64,000 nt of DNA from Raja brachyura (lineage: Eukaryota). Positions 1-12,612 of the stretch are shown in pieces. A program made the position numbers and the translations under genes. The notes beneath the pieces were generated by a model, which saw only the letters and a list, made by a program, of their open reading frames with translations, made no database searches and was not told where the DNA came from. The stretch spans positions 50,096,001-50,160,000 of the forward strand of contig OY740796.1 of the NCBI GenBank assembly GCA_963514005.1, given 5' to 3'. Every line of letters starts with the position of its first letter. Position 1 is the stretch's first letter.

Positions 1-249
1 AGCATTGAAAAATGAATTAGACATGAATGTTCAGAGTGTCCGAGTCATTTACAACAGAGATAGTATAATATGAATTAGAAAACAAAGTAATCGCCAGATT
101 GATTATTGGGATGGTGTATTTACTAAGTGAAAAGTCTTTAATCAGTCTGTATTGTCCAGAACAATAAGAGGCGAATTCCTTGAAAAATACAAAATGCATG
201 CAGGTCTGCTCGGGGTTCACTCAAGTATGATGTTGGCTGTAGCCAGGTG

Positions 250-520
250 CTTGCAATCAGGGATCAGGGTTTCAAAATAAGGAGTCAGCCATTCCACTCA
301 GAGACAAGAAGAAATTTATTTACCCGTAGGCCAACAAATCTTTGTAATTCTATCAAAGAGCATTGCTGTATGTGTTGCTAAGCATTTTCAATGGAGAGAT
401 CAATAGATTTTTAGATATTAAGGGAGATAGGATTGGTGCCAGTGAAGTCACATCAGCTGTGTTTTTATTGATTGACAGAGCAGGAACAAGGACTTGCATT
501 CCTATTTCTTATATTCTAAA
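250..520 (+). mobile_element. Old CR1 LINE 3' fragment
   Basis: Degenerate match to the CR1 ORF2 C-terminus and 3' UTR seen intact elsewhere in the window (TTCAAAATAAGG...AAGAAATTTATTTACCC...GATCAATAGATTTTTAGAT). Confidence 0.55.
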
Positions 521-872
521 GATCCAGAAAGAAGATGATCCGGAGTGCAGCATAAATATTTTTAAACTTAAGTTGTTCATGGATGTGTCTAAATCTAAAA
601 TGTATTTGAAAAGCAAGAATACAAAATTGAGGCAAATAGTTCTCACAAACACAATGTGCTAACTATTAGCACTGACCCCAGTAGAATTACAACACGTGGT
701 GTTTATGCACTCTTTCAATATTGGCATAACTTAGGTCAAGAAAGCTAAAGGGAATATACATTTCTGGAATATCTGTCTTAGTCACCATAAGAGAAGACAA
801 GGACAATTACATGAATGGGGGAGGGGGGGGGTCATTAAAACCACACTGATTGGGGGAGGGCAGTCATTAAAA

Positions 873-1165
873 GCACTTTCCTCTGGAAGGCGACTCTGGA
901 CTGTTAAAGCTGCCACAGCCAGGCAAAAAACAACTTTCTTCCACGAGCAGTAGCTATAATCAATAACCAAAAGTCTGCAGCCTCCTTTTGCTCTGGTATT
1001 TTATTTCATTCACATGTTTAAACTATTATGTTTTATTATTAATGTTTTAATGTTTTATGTTTTATTCTTAATTGTTTACTGTATGTCGTATTGTTACTTG
1101 CAAGCGAAGCACCAAGACAAATTCCTTGTAAGTGTACATACTTGGCCAATAAACTTATTCATTAA
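873..1165 (+). mobile_element. Rex1/Babar LINE 3' end
   Basis: Encodes a PSGRRL..VKAATAR..NFLPR-like C-terminus, then an AT-rich UTR and an AATAAA tail. Confidence 0.65.
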
Positions 1166-2757
1166 TACACATCAAGTGAACAAAGCTAATCGAAAAACAT
1201 TTGAAGCTTTGGGTGCTTGTGGCAAGAGGCAATGAGAATCAATTTGGAGAGAGAATTAACTATATAAAGAAGATACATTTTTAGAACAAAGAATTGATGA
1301 ACAAAAATGAATCAAATATTTACATGAAGTGATTCTTATTATTGTTTTAATGAACTATTTACAGTTTAAATCATTTGGGGGCATTGTTAATCACAAGCAT
1401 ACCTCAGACCATCACTCAATTGTGGTTTTTAAAAATTGGTCCATTAGAACACAGATAAAGATGAAGAATATCAGAGCTCAAAAATGGCAGATAAAAATCA
1501 TTTACTCAAAATGAAAAACATATTGAAATTGTTGCATTGATTCTGCGATCGAACAATGTGCTTGAATATCAATATAAAGCAACTAGTCAAGGTCAGGATA
1601 TTTCCCGATTGTTCCCCTCAGCTAGGAAGTGTTTGACAGCTGCAAGTAATTACTTTAATAGTTGGGAAATTAAGAGTATGCTGTAAGCTCCAAATCTTTA
1701 GATTCAGTAAATAAATTAAAACACAAGAAAACACAATGTATTCAAGTATTTCCTTATGGAGTAAGTTCTGAGTTTTTTGCACTTCCGTTATATTTAAATG
1801 CAGACATAGGTTTCATTTGAACAAGATTCCTTCAGTTTTTCTTTTTCTGCCTTCTTTATCATTCCATCAAGCCCCATGAGCCACATAAAATTTAGAGGAA
1901 TGTTCCCATTCAGTGCATCCATCTCAAGTTTGCCAATACAAACGCATCTCAGTGTTCAACATGCTGATAATGAACTTAAAATTTGATCTCAAGAAAAACA
2001 TTCAAAACTTCCAATGTGTGCATAATTTTTTTTAAAAGTAAAAATTAGTTTTGGCCAAATAGTTGGGCCTTGTGAGATGTATATTCTTGGCGTAACCCAA
2101 AACCTGGGCGATAAATATTTGACAAATGTATCTGCCTTGTGCACTTACAGGAGTTATGTGCTTTAGTAGATTTGAACTTCATTTTATTTAAGGAAAGCTA
2201 AAAAAAGTGAACTTTACAGATGGTTTCCATTGTCCAAAATTTCAGCAAATTGCGATATTTGAGGTTGTTTTTAAATCACCCAATTTAAGAGCTGGTCAGT
2301 GCTGCAGAGCCATGAAATTTGTATTATATCGTCACATTTACCACTCGTGGATTGCATCTAAAGAACTGCTTTTGTATAAAATATCTCCAAATAAGCAGAA
2401 ACGTCATAATATGAGAGTTAGTGGATAATCAAAAATTATATCAATCACCACATTTAGGCAGGTCATTTGGCCCAACTACTCCGTATTCCTGAGCACAACC
2501 TTTTTGCTTCCATTTAACCCACATGGCCACTTGTCGAGGCCATCTTCAGTATGAAGGGTCCCGACTCGAAATATCATCTGTCCATTTCCCTCCACCAATG
2601 CTGACTGATCCGATGAGTCTTTGTACTTTTTTAGTTGATACTTCCAAAAACAGACTAGATTGGTTCCTAATTGAATGATTTATTTATGTGTGGTGATTTT
2701 GATTTTTTTTATACCAATTCTATAAATTCGTTCAACATTTAATCTCATGAGGGAAGG

Positions 2758-2980
2758 TAGACACAAAAAGCTGGAGTAACTCAGTGGGTTAGACAGCATA
2801 TCCGGAGAAAAGGAATAGGTGGCATTTCGGGTTGAAACAGAGGGGCTTCCAATCTGAAGAAGGGTCTCAACCCGAAACATCACCTGTTCGTTTTCTCCAG
2901 AGATGCTGTTTGACCCGCTGAGTTACTCCAGCTCTTTGTGACTATGTTCGGTTTAAACCAGCATCTGCAGTTCATTCCTA
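2758..2980. mobile_element. Penelope-derived hairpin element with hammerhead-like core
   Basis: Inverted arms of about 85 bp around CTGAAGAAGGGTCTCAACCCGAAAC. TSD CTCA(T/A)GAGGGAAGG at 2744-2757 and 2981-2994. Confidence 0.8.
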
Positions 2981-3969
2981 CTCAAGAGGGAAGGCCTGGC
3001 TTCGCAGTACCATTAATGTCACATTTATAAAAACAGAAAGCAGCACTTAAAACAAAACAAAAAGCTGATGAAGTGAAAACATAATAAGACAACTATTTTA
3101 GAGATTTAGAACACATAGTTGTGAGAATAGAACGAAGCAGCATGGCAATGATCCATTCGATTCAAAATCAAAATACGTGATAAACTCACTTTTTTGAATC
3201 TTTGAACCATACTTCGAACTATAAGTTAATTACCTGACAATACGTCTAGCAAATAGTAGCTAGGTCTTTCTAAAACATACCAAAATCTGTTCAGAACTGT
3301 ATCTGACCACATAGTTAATAACAAGCTAAAATTTTAAGCTTCCCAGTGAGGAAAAAAAAGAAAATTGAGACAATTGGTGCAATTTCTCACCAAATTCATT
3401 GCTAAAAGTACTTGGCTGCTCAACTTTGTCATGGAAAATAACTGTTGCTCAAATTCACAAGAATGTTATTTAAAGCTGCAGCTCTGGAGATCTGCATCTT
3501 GTTTTAAATACATGACCCCAATTTTAAGTCAACCGGCCTGCTGGGAACTGGGCAGGGACAAACCGAAAATTGATTTCCCATCCTGCTCCTGCAGGAAAAC
3601 CAAGCTAATCCCGGAACTGATTTGGGTCATAAACAAACTCACTGTAACAAGGTGAAGTGAATTAGCATTCCAATGCCCTATCTTACATTTCCACCATGAA
3701 GGTTTTCTTTCCCTCTCATTTTCTCATGTTACAAATTTCACTGGTCTTCTCTGGACATACCTTGCCACCCACCTAGTTTCAACAGCCTTGGAACTTTGTG
3801 GAAAAAGAGAGGTTGGAATGGGGCAGCAGTGTGCAGGGATAATGATCAGGATCAGTTTTTTTTTTAAATAAGGGTAGTAATGACAGCAGTTTTGAAAATA
3901 AGTTGAACAATACCAATTTAGTGAAAATTATCTGCAGTACGTGGGAGATTTTGTATTTACGAATATGAT

Positions 3970-5110
3970 TGCGATTTTGAAGTAACCAAGAAGGCTGATG
4001 AGAACAACGCCATATTGTTGAGAAGGACTTTCACAAATACATTTGATAAAGTTCAGCACGGTAGACTGCTCTGGAAGGTTAGATATCACATGATGCAGGG
4101 AGAGCTAGCCGACTGAATAGAGAATTGGCTTCATGGAAGGAAGCAGAGGGTAATGATGGAAGGTTTTTTTTCTGACTGGGGGCCCCCCCAAGACTAGTGG
4201 TTTGCTTCAAGGATCGGGGCTAGACCCAATACTATTTGTGGTTTATAACAATTTGGATGAGAATGCAGCTGCAGTAAGTTTGCTTATGACACTAAAGTGG
4301 GTGGTATCGTAGATAGTTTAGATGGTTATCAAAAATTACAGCAGAATCATGATGGACACGTGGGTTGAGTAATGGTTCATGGCATTTAATGCAAGTAACT
4401 GCAAGTGATGCATTTTGGGAAGTAAAAATAGGGCAGGACTCTGCGGAGTATCGTAAACCAGAGTGATCTAGGAGTGCAGGTACATATTCCCTGAAAGTGG
4501 CATCATTATAGATGGGGTACGTAAGAAGGTTTTCGGAACTTTGGACTTCATCTGTTGGGGTATTGAGAGTAGATGTTGGGATGTTATGTAGCATTTGTGC
4601 AAGACGTTGGTGAGCCGCACGTGGAGCATTGTGTTCATTTTTGGTCCTCCTGATAGAGGAAGGATGCCGTTAAACTGGAAAGTGTGCAGAGAAAATTTAC
4701 AAGGATTTTGCCAGGACTTGAGGGCCTGAGCTATAGGCAGAGATTAGGCAGGCTAGGACTTTATTTTTTGGAGCACAGGAGGCTGAGGAATGATCTTAGA
4801 GTTGTATGAAATCATGAGGGGGATAGGGTAAATGCACAGAATCTCTTACCCTGGGTAGGGGAATTAAGAACTATATTATAACATAGGTTTAAGATAAGCG
4901 GGGATTTAATAGGAATCAGAGTGGCAACTTTTTCCACACAGAGGGTGGTGGGTATGTGGAATAAGCTGCCTGAAGAGGTAGTTGAGGCAGGTACAATAAT
5001 AATAAAATTAAAATTTGGACAGGTACATGGATACGACAGGTTTAGAAGCATATGTTTCAAACACGAGCAGTTTCGATGGGGCCTGTGCAACTGCTGTACA
5101 ACTCTGACCA
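3970..5110 (+). mobile_element. Decayed CR1 LINE (RT to 3' UTR)
   Basis: Frameshifted remnants of the DF.KAFDKV.H, QGS.L.P.LF and PHVEHCV.FW motifs, plus the ORF TFSTQRVVGMWNKLPEEVVEAG. Confidence 0.85.
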
Positions 5111-5479
5111 TGACATCAATTGACATGGGAAACAGGAAGGTGAAACTTGTTTGTTGGCTGTTTAATGGAAATAAGATGAAGGAAACCTTAGGTGGTTTTA
5201 AACACGAGTTTGGCTCCATCAAGTGAATATATGTTTTTACGAAAAGATCTAACATCTAGTTAGAGATTTATCTTCAATCAGTAAAGTAGAAAATAGAGAA
5301 AAAAAAATACAATTTCAATTTTATTTGCAAAACCATGACATGAAATATTAAAAATAAACTTAACAAATACAAAGCCTAATTGACCCACACCAAGTCTTTT
5401 CAATAGAATATTCAGTACAGCTGATGCAAGCTGATTTACAACCAAATTCTTTGAAATGACATGGTGCAGAAACAAGGAT

Positions 5480-5757
5480 CAGCAGTTGCTGGTTTATATC
5501 AGTGTGCTGGAGTAACTCAGCTGGTCAGGAAAAATGTTTTTCCCCCAGTGATGCCGCCCGACCCGCTAATTTATTCCAGCACTGTGTGTCTATCTTTTAA
5601 AAGACATTTGGACAGACGTGTGGATAGGAAGGGTTTAGCGGGGTTTGGGCCAAATGCAGCCATATGGGAGCAATTTACCACCCAATATACCAACTTGGTC
5701 AGCAAGGGCAAGGTGGATCAAAGGACCCGATTCTCTGTTACACAGCTTTATGACTAA
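5480..5757 (+). mobile_element. Collapsed hairpin element followed by a CR1 3' tail
   Basis: GCTGGAGTAACTCAG...GACCCGCT...TTCCAGCAC arms, followed by the FKRHLDR CR1 tail. Confidence 0.6.
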
Positions 5758-7572
5758 CCAACCTGCAGTCATTTGTGATTGGCTGCTATAAGTTATAAAG
5801 CCGAGTCGATTCAAAACCATGACCAATGTGTACTACAGAAGGTTAAGAAAGGTGCTGACAAATATTGTGCAACATCAACAGATAACTCAATACACTGGTT
5901 GATCTTGACATTGCCAAGAACTAATTTCTGCATCAACATAATCATTGCAATGGAATACAACTCATAACTTTGCTCAGCTTCACAACATTCTGGAACTTCA
6001 GTTAATCTGCCTGTAATTTGGCTTCTAATTGCTCTTGTGCACTACAGACTTAGAAGTGGGACTTAAAATAAGGCACAGCATCTGAAGGCCTTTATTAAAC
6101 TTGTATAAGGAATCATTAGTCTTAAGGCACGTTACAGCACCTAATACACAATATAGTACTAAGAAGGTTCTCTCTCAATCTATTATTCTGATACTATGCA
6201 AAACCCACTCTCAAAAGTTTATTGTTAAGGGAGTGTACCAGAGTTTCTCTATACAAGTGAATCCTCAGCTATTATGCCGAGAATTTATCGTGCTGAATTG
6301 AGAACAGTGCGGCAGAATGTTAATAAAAAGTACCTGTGGATAGATTTGCATCTGCTTGGAGACTGGTCATCTATAGTAAGCACTCCAGGAATTGGTGTGA
6401 TGGCCATTCTTCTTTGAAAAAGAAACTACCATCTAAATGTAGATTTGATCTCCAAATATCCAGATGTTACTATGCAAGTGTTTGTTTTATAATCAGTTGT
6501 TTGGAGATTGAATTTATTTGTGACAAGTGATATTTGATCAGTGTGTGTGTCATGCATGTGCGCAAAGAGAATGCTCAAATTCATATATTTATGGGAAAGC
6601 ATTTAAGAGAAAAAAAGACCTACATAATATTGCATAATAAATTAAATGACAGATGCATCGAACAAGGTGTTAGCATGTTAATAAACCGATTATAAATATG
6701 AGGTATACTATTCTCCACATAGAGGATCTTGGTTGGATGTCTCATTAAATATTATGGGGTGAAATATTAATTTTACTTGATTGCCTTGAAGGGCTAGATA
6801 AATATCACTAAATATTGGGTTTAGCATATGGATGAGATATATGGATTAGCCAAAAGGATGAGACTTTGCTGGTAATCAGAATTTGAAAAGCCGAGAAGAA
6901 TATTCCATTCAGTGTGAATGCAAAGAAAAAAGGTATAAAAGTGCCATTCACAACTTAAAGATATCTGAATGCATTTCACAGCAATGAGACACTTTGTGAA
7001 AACAATGTAGTTATTAAGACTATTAAAAAAAAGTGAACAAATGGCCACACTGCACTGTGATAATGACCAGATAGTGGGCACGATTATGGAGCTACTAGTG
7101 TTCCGCAATTTAAACAGTAGTGGTTCCCAGATGAAATCTGTTAATTGGCTCTGCCACTGAGCTTTGTGGAAAATTTAGTGGTGGAATTACAGAAAATGCC
7201 TATTCTTCCTGCCCCAGACCTGCAGTGGGATTCAAGATCAATTTCACTGAAGATTGTAGTGAAAAGGCCAAGACAGAAAAGATAAACCTAATTTTTTTTT
7301 TTAATGCTTAGCTTTTTAAAAAAGTGCACTTGTAGTTAAATTGAAAACATGGGGGGGGGGGGGGGGGGGGTTAACTACCTCGATGTTAAGTTTTTAAAAT
7401 GTCGCCAAATATTAGAGACATGCTACAACTATCTTTGCCCCACTGTTCAGAGATTCATCAGTTTGAGCGTTCTTGAAAAACATAATATTTGAGTTTACTG
7501 GACAAAATAGGCAACAACATTCCTAGAGAGAGCTTTGGACAGAATTAAGGTTAAAAACCCTGTTTCCTTACA

Positions 7573-8048
7573 CCATATTTCCCGGAAATGAAGACGCACC
7601 TGCGTCCAAGACGCAACACCAATAGCTACCCACCAACCACCACCTCCACCAGTTGCGCCTGTACCGAAGGACACCGTGGCTGGTGGCGGCCGGTTCCCCT
7701 CCTTCCCAACGCTCCTGCCCTCTCCGCAACTTAACCCCAAAGTTTGCTACTTTGTGCTGACCTGGGCAGACTCCCCACATGCTGTGAAAGGAACTCTCTC
7801 CACCCCCTGCTGTGAAAGGAACTCCCCCCCCCCCCCAGCGCTGTCCTTTTAAATCAGCTGCCAATAATGAGGGATAGACTTGGCTATCCCTCAGTACAGC
7901 AACATCATTCTTGATGTTGCTGTACTGAGGGGTAGCCAAGTCTGTCTTTCTTGGCTAACAATCTAACCTTCGGCCTCCAAGACGCAGGTATATTTTCGAG
8001 CCTTATATTAAGGTAAAAAAATAGCGTCTTCATAGCCGGGAAATACAG
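7573..8048. mobile_element. Non-autonomous Tc/mariner (Tc2-like) MITE
   Basis: TIRs CCATATTTCCCGGAAATGAAGACGC ... GCGTCTTCATAGCCGGGAAATACAG, with TA at the right flank. Confidence 0.75.
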
Positions 8049-8286
8049 TAATTTCATTCATATTATAGAGACTTGCTCCTCCTCTTCCTTTCAGTTATGG
8101 AGCATGTAAAATGAAATTCTTATTGGGTTGGAGCCTTCAGCTCCGAGCAAGTCGTTCTCTTCAAATAGAATGCTATCTAAAGGTGATATGCAAAGCCTTT
8201 CTGAGCTGGTGAAAATAATAATTTAAAACCTAGAGTATCTCAAGATATAGCCTACCCAGAAATTAAATTGATAAGAAAAATACTGG

Positions 8287-8506
8287 ATAGACAAAAAATG
8301 CTGGAGAAACTCAGCGGGACAGGCAGCATCTATGGAGCGAAGGAATAGGTGACGTTTTGGGTCGAGACCATTCTTCAGTCTGAAGAAGGGTCTCGACCGA
8401 AACGTCACCTATTTCCTTCGCTCCGTAGATGCTGCCTCACCCGCTGAGTTTCTCCAGCATTTTTGTCTACCTTTGATTTTCCAGCATCGGCAGTTCCTTC
8501 TTAAAC
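8287..8506. mobile_element. Penelope-derived hairpin element with hammerhead-like cores on both strands
   Basis: Near-perfect inverted repeat 8288-8470 centred on TTCTTCAGTCTGAAGAA. TSD AAGA(A/T)AATACTGG-type 14-mer at 8273-8286 and 8507-8520. Confidence 0.85.
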
Positions 8507-9390
8507 AAGAATAATACTGGGGATGCTTCTCTAATGGAGTTCTGGTCTATATGGACACACAAAATCCCCATAGTTTTAATGCCCTCTCTGAATTATCTGA
8601 AAACCAATAACACCTTCTAGGGCATATTTCACAGCATGATTAGTTTGTTATCATAACACCCTACCGCTGAACTTTGATCGATTGAAATGGCAGGTAACAA
8701 GGAATGCATAGATTTCACGATGAATAACGAACTCCTTGATATCATAAAAAGAGATTGAGGCATGTTAATCACTGGGATGCTTCGTCTTGTGAGCATTTGT
8801 AAGAGTGCCGATGTTAAAGCTGCCAGTGTACAGCCAAAACAATTCATCTCAATTTTCCATTTTCCCCACACACAACTCTCCTTTGCCCTAGTTCTCACTC
8901 TCCGGCACTGACACAAGGCTTTGGTGATCTCAGTAGTTTCCACTGCAACTATCGCAGAAAATCCACATATTGCAAATTAAACCATTAGTAAGCATGCAAG
9001 AGTAAAGAGACCAATACTTTTAATTCTACAAATATTTTTCTGTACATCTACCAGAGTAATTATTGGAAACTACTCTTGAAGCGCAAAAGGAGTCAGCATG
9101 TCGCAGAGGACTAAAGCATTATTGTTATAATCTGGCCCACAAAATACCAAGGAAAAATGTCACTGTCGATCATCAGATAATGACAAAATCGATGTTGCCA
9201 TTTAACATTGTATTCATTGCCAATTAAAGGTATGTGCAGACACTATTACATATCGGACTCCGAATTGTTTGAGACTAAGTAATCATCATTTCAATGAAGG
9301 GAAAGAAATTGTTGAAATTATGATATAAAACAAGAGTTACGAAGAAGCCATCTTAGTTTCTTCAAATTCCCCTTCAAAAGGCATGCTGGT

Positions 9391-10365
9391 ACAAGTCAAG
9401 TCAAGTTTATTCGTCACATACACATACGGGATGTGCAGTGAAATGAAAAGTGGCAGTGCCTGCGGACTTTGTGCAAAAAACAAACAAACAACCAACAAAC
9501 TACAAACAGAATCACATGTTCTTTTTCATATAAAAATATTGTGGGTGGTATTGTGGTACAGTAAGTTAGTAGAGTTAGTCACTGGTGAGATAGGAGTTTA
9601 CAGCCTGAATGGCCTCTGGGAAGAAACTCCTTCTCATCCTCTCCGTTCTCAGAGCATGCAACAGTCCGTTGCAGGGGTGGAAGGAAGGGGTCTCCCATTA
9701 TCTTATTGGCTCTGGAGTTGCACCTCCTGATGTATAGTTCCTGCAGAGGGGCGAGAGAAGTTCCCATAGTGCGTTTGGCCGAACGCACTACTCTCTGCAG
9801 AGCCTTCTTGTCCTGGGCAGAGCAAGTCCCAAACCAGATTGTAATGTTTCCGGACAAGATGCTTTCCACAGCCGCAGAGTAGAAGCACTGGAGGATCCTC
9901 GGAGACACTCTGAATTTCCTCAATTGCCTGAGGTGGTAAATGTGCTGCCTTGCCTTACTCACGAGTGCTGCAGCGTGCGATGTCCATGTCACATCCTCAG
10001 AGATGTGGACTCCCAGGTATTTAAAACAGCTCACCCTATCCACAGTATCCCCATTTATCCTCAATGGCGTGTACGTCCTCGGATGATGTGCCCTCCTAAA
10101 GACCACAATCAGCTCCTTCGTTTTTTTGATGTTCAAGAGGAGGGTGTTGTCCTGACACCAGAGTGCCAGATCAGCTACCACCTCCCGGTAGGCCTTCTCA
10201 TCGTTGTCTGAGATCAGGCCCACCACCACGGTGTCATCAGCAAACTTGATTATCGAGTTGGAGCTGAACCTAGCCACAGAGTCATGTGTGTGCAGGGAGT
10301 AGAATAGGGGGCTGAGGACGCAACCCTGGGGGGATCCTGTGCTCAGGGTGAGGGACTTCAATGTA
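9391..10365 (-). mobile_element. Rex1/Babar LINE, 5'-truncated
   Basis: ORF with [18 protein letters not shown] and FKYLG RT motifs; (CTTGA)n tail at 9391. Confidence 0.92.
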
Positions 10366-10699
10366 TTCACTTGAACAAGACATGAGAGTGGCTCTTTGGA
10401 GAAAAAATAAACTTGATTGCATGAAGAGAAATGGGGCAAAAATCTATCCTCAACTGCACGCACTAAATGTGATGCATATTAAAACCGATGTATTTCACAA
10501 CATTTCAGGAATCCTGCTCCAGTTAATTCCACAGAGCTAATTCTGTAAACTAACTTCAGGAAATTTTTGTACATTTAGTGCATGTGAATAAGGGTAAATT
10601 TGAAAAGGTGCAAAGAAAGCACTTAAGTTTGAACCAGTTTTGGGACTCAAACAAATTCCTTGTTCACATGAAGCTCAAATTATATAATATGCATATAGT

Positions 10700-11350
10700 A
10701 ATGATAAATATAACACAATGAAACAAATATAACATTGAAATAAACAAATGACGTAGAGTAGGTGGCAGCACCTCTGGGAACATGTGCAAAATAGGTGATT
10801 GGTATAGGAGTCAGAGCAGTGGGGAAGAAGTCATTCTTAAGTTTGGTTATCAGAGCTTTCAAGCTCATCTAAAAGACAGAAGAGAGAAAAGGGGATGGCA
10901 AGGTTGATAGGCATTCTTGATAATACTTCCAGACTTTGATACAACACACGGTGAAGATGATCCAGATGGAAGGAAATGATGAACCTGTGATGGACTGGGC
11001 TCCACAAAAAGCTGGAGAAACTCAGCGGGTGCAGCAGCATCTAAGGAGCGAAGGAGATGGGCGACGTTTCGGGTCGAGACCCTTCTTCAGACAACCCTCG
11101 ATTCTCCAGCATCTGCAGTTCCTTCTATAACACATGGACTGGGCTCTGTTCTCTACTCACTACAGGTTTAGGTGATCAAGAGCAGAACAGTTACCATATC
11201 AGGCTGCGATGCATCCTGTCAGAATACTTTCTTTCACGCATCAGTGGATTCAGGAAAATCCGCATGGACAATACAAATCTTCTCAAGCACCTAAGAAAGT
11301 AAATACACTGGTGCGTTCTTTTAATCACTGCATCAATTTGAGGGTCGTTA
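10700..11350 (-). mobile_element. Old Rex1-type fragment interrupted by a hairpin element
   Basis: Degenerate Rex1 C-terminal sequence (NDFFPTA) on both sides of the insertion. Confidence 0.6.
11003..11133 (-). mobile_element. Single-arm Penelope-derived element with an intact hammerhead-like core on the minus strand
   Basis: The minus strand reads GTCTGAAGAAGGGTCTCGACCCGAAACGTC. Perfect 13-bp TSD ATGGACTGGGCTC at 10990-11002 and 11134-11146. Confidence 0.85.
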
Positions 11351-11521
11351 GGTTGCTGGTGCTATGAATGTTTAGAACTAGACTCTTCCTCCTTCTGATG
11401 ACACTTACCAATCTAGATGTGCTGTCCAGGTCGTGGGAAGCAGCCAAGAATTCCACACAGCAAAGGATGTGTACTCTAAAAGCCTAAATTACTCTTCAGA
11501 TTAACCAATTCCAGCTAATAA

Positions 11522-11680
11522 CCTCCAAAGATTTACAGGTTTGTAGGTTAATTGGCTTGGTAAATGTAAAAAATGTCCCTAGTTGGTGAAGGAGAGTGTT
11601 AATGTGCAGGGATCGCTGGTCGGCGCGGACCGGTGGGCCAAAGGGCCTGTTTCCGCACTGTATTTCTAAACTAAACTAAT
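11522..11680 (+). mobile_element. HE1-type (V-SINE) SINE, 3' half
   Basis: GTTTGTAGGTTAATTGG core, CR1-like tail GGGCCAAAGGGCCTGTTTCC and (CTAAA)n. Confidence 0.8.
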
Positions 11681-12204
11681 TAACGGTGCCTGGCAGGCTA
11701 CTCTTATATTCTGCCTTTTCTATTATTTTCGACAGCAATGTGGTAAAAAGTTAGAGATGAGCTACAACTGATTAAACTGCAGAATGCTGATTTCGACCTT
11801 GCAGTACCTGGAAATATAATTCTGTGGGTTCTATTGTATGTTTTAGTACAATATAAAACGCTTCAGGAAAATGGACTTTGATGAGAAGAGGAATGACATT
11901 CACGACTACCATTGCCGTATTCCTTTAAATCCAATGTCCAATTTATCGAATCTTCATTTCATCATTTTACCCACCTTAAAAAGGCATGTTTGAGCAAAAC
12001 TGTATTATGACAAACATTTGTTTAACCATACTGTCAGATCATGTCATTTGAAATTAAATATTGAAATCTTCATAAAGGCCGTAATTGCTTCTTGGATTAG
12101 TGTTAGTTGATAGACTGGCGCAAAGAAGCAACTCACTTGAAATCAAGGGCTGAGTGACAAAGCTTTAATTCCAGGTACTGCTAAAGAGTTGTACGGTAAT
12201 AATT

Positions 12205-12612
12205 TAATTTAGTTTAGAGATACAACATGGAAAGAGGCCCTTCGGCCCACCGAGTTCTCGCCGACCATCAATCACCTGTTCACGAGTTTGACATTATCAT
12301 ACTTTCTCATCCATATCCGACATGCTGGAGGCAATTTACAGAGGCCATTCAGCCTACAACCCACACAATGTTGGAACATTGGGGGAAGCTGGGGCATCTG
12401 GACAAAACCCAAGACTCAAGAGTTTTGTTTCTTATTGTCATATGTTCCAGACGGGAGAATGAAATTCTTACTTGCTGCAGTACAACGCTTACTTGCTGCA
12501 CCCACATGCTCACAGAGAGAATGTGTAAACTCCTCACAGACAACATCCGAGGTCAGGATCAAACCCGAGTCTCTGGCGCCGTGAGGCGGCTGCTCTATCA
12601 GCTGCGTCACTA
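12205..12612 (-). mobile_element. HE1-type SINE with a nested short Rex1 tail (about 12411-12490)
   Basis: tRNA-like head near 12560-12610 and tail AGTTTAGAGATACA. The internal TTTCTTATTGTCATATG...AATGAAATTCTTACTTGC resembles the Rex1 tail at 50830-50890. Confidence 0.65.

Noticed and set aside
8288-8470. Interpreting the hairpin elements as MITEs or pre-miRNAs
   Set aside because: They have variable 13-17 bp TSDs, an asymmetric tail outside the inverted repeat and a hammerhead core, which fit a Penelope-type origin better.
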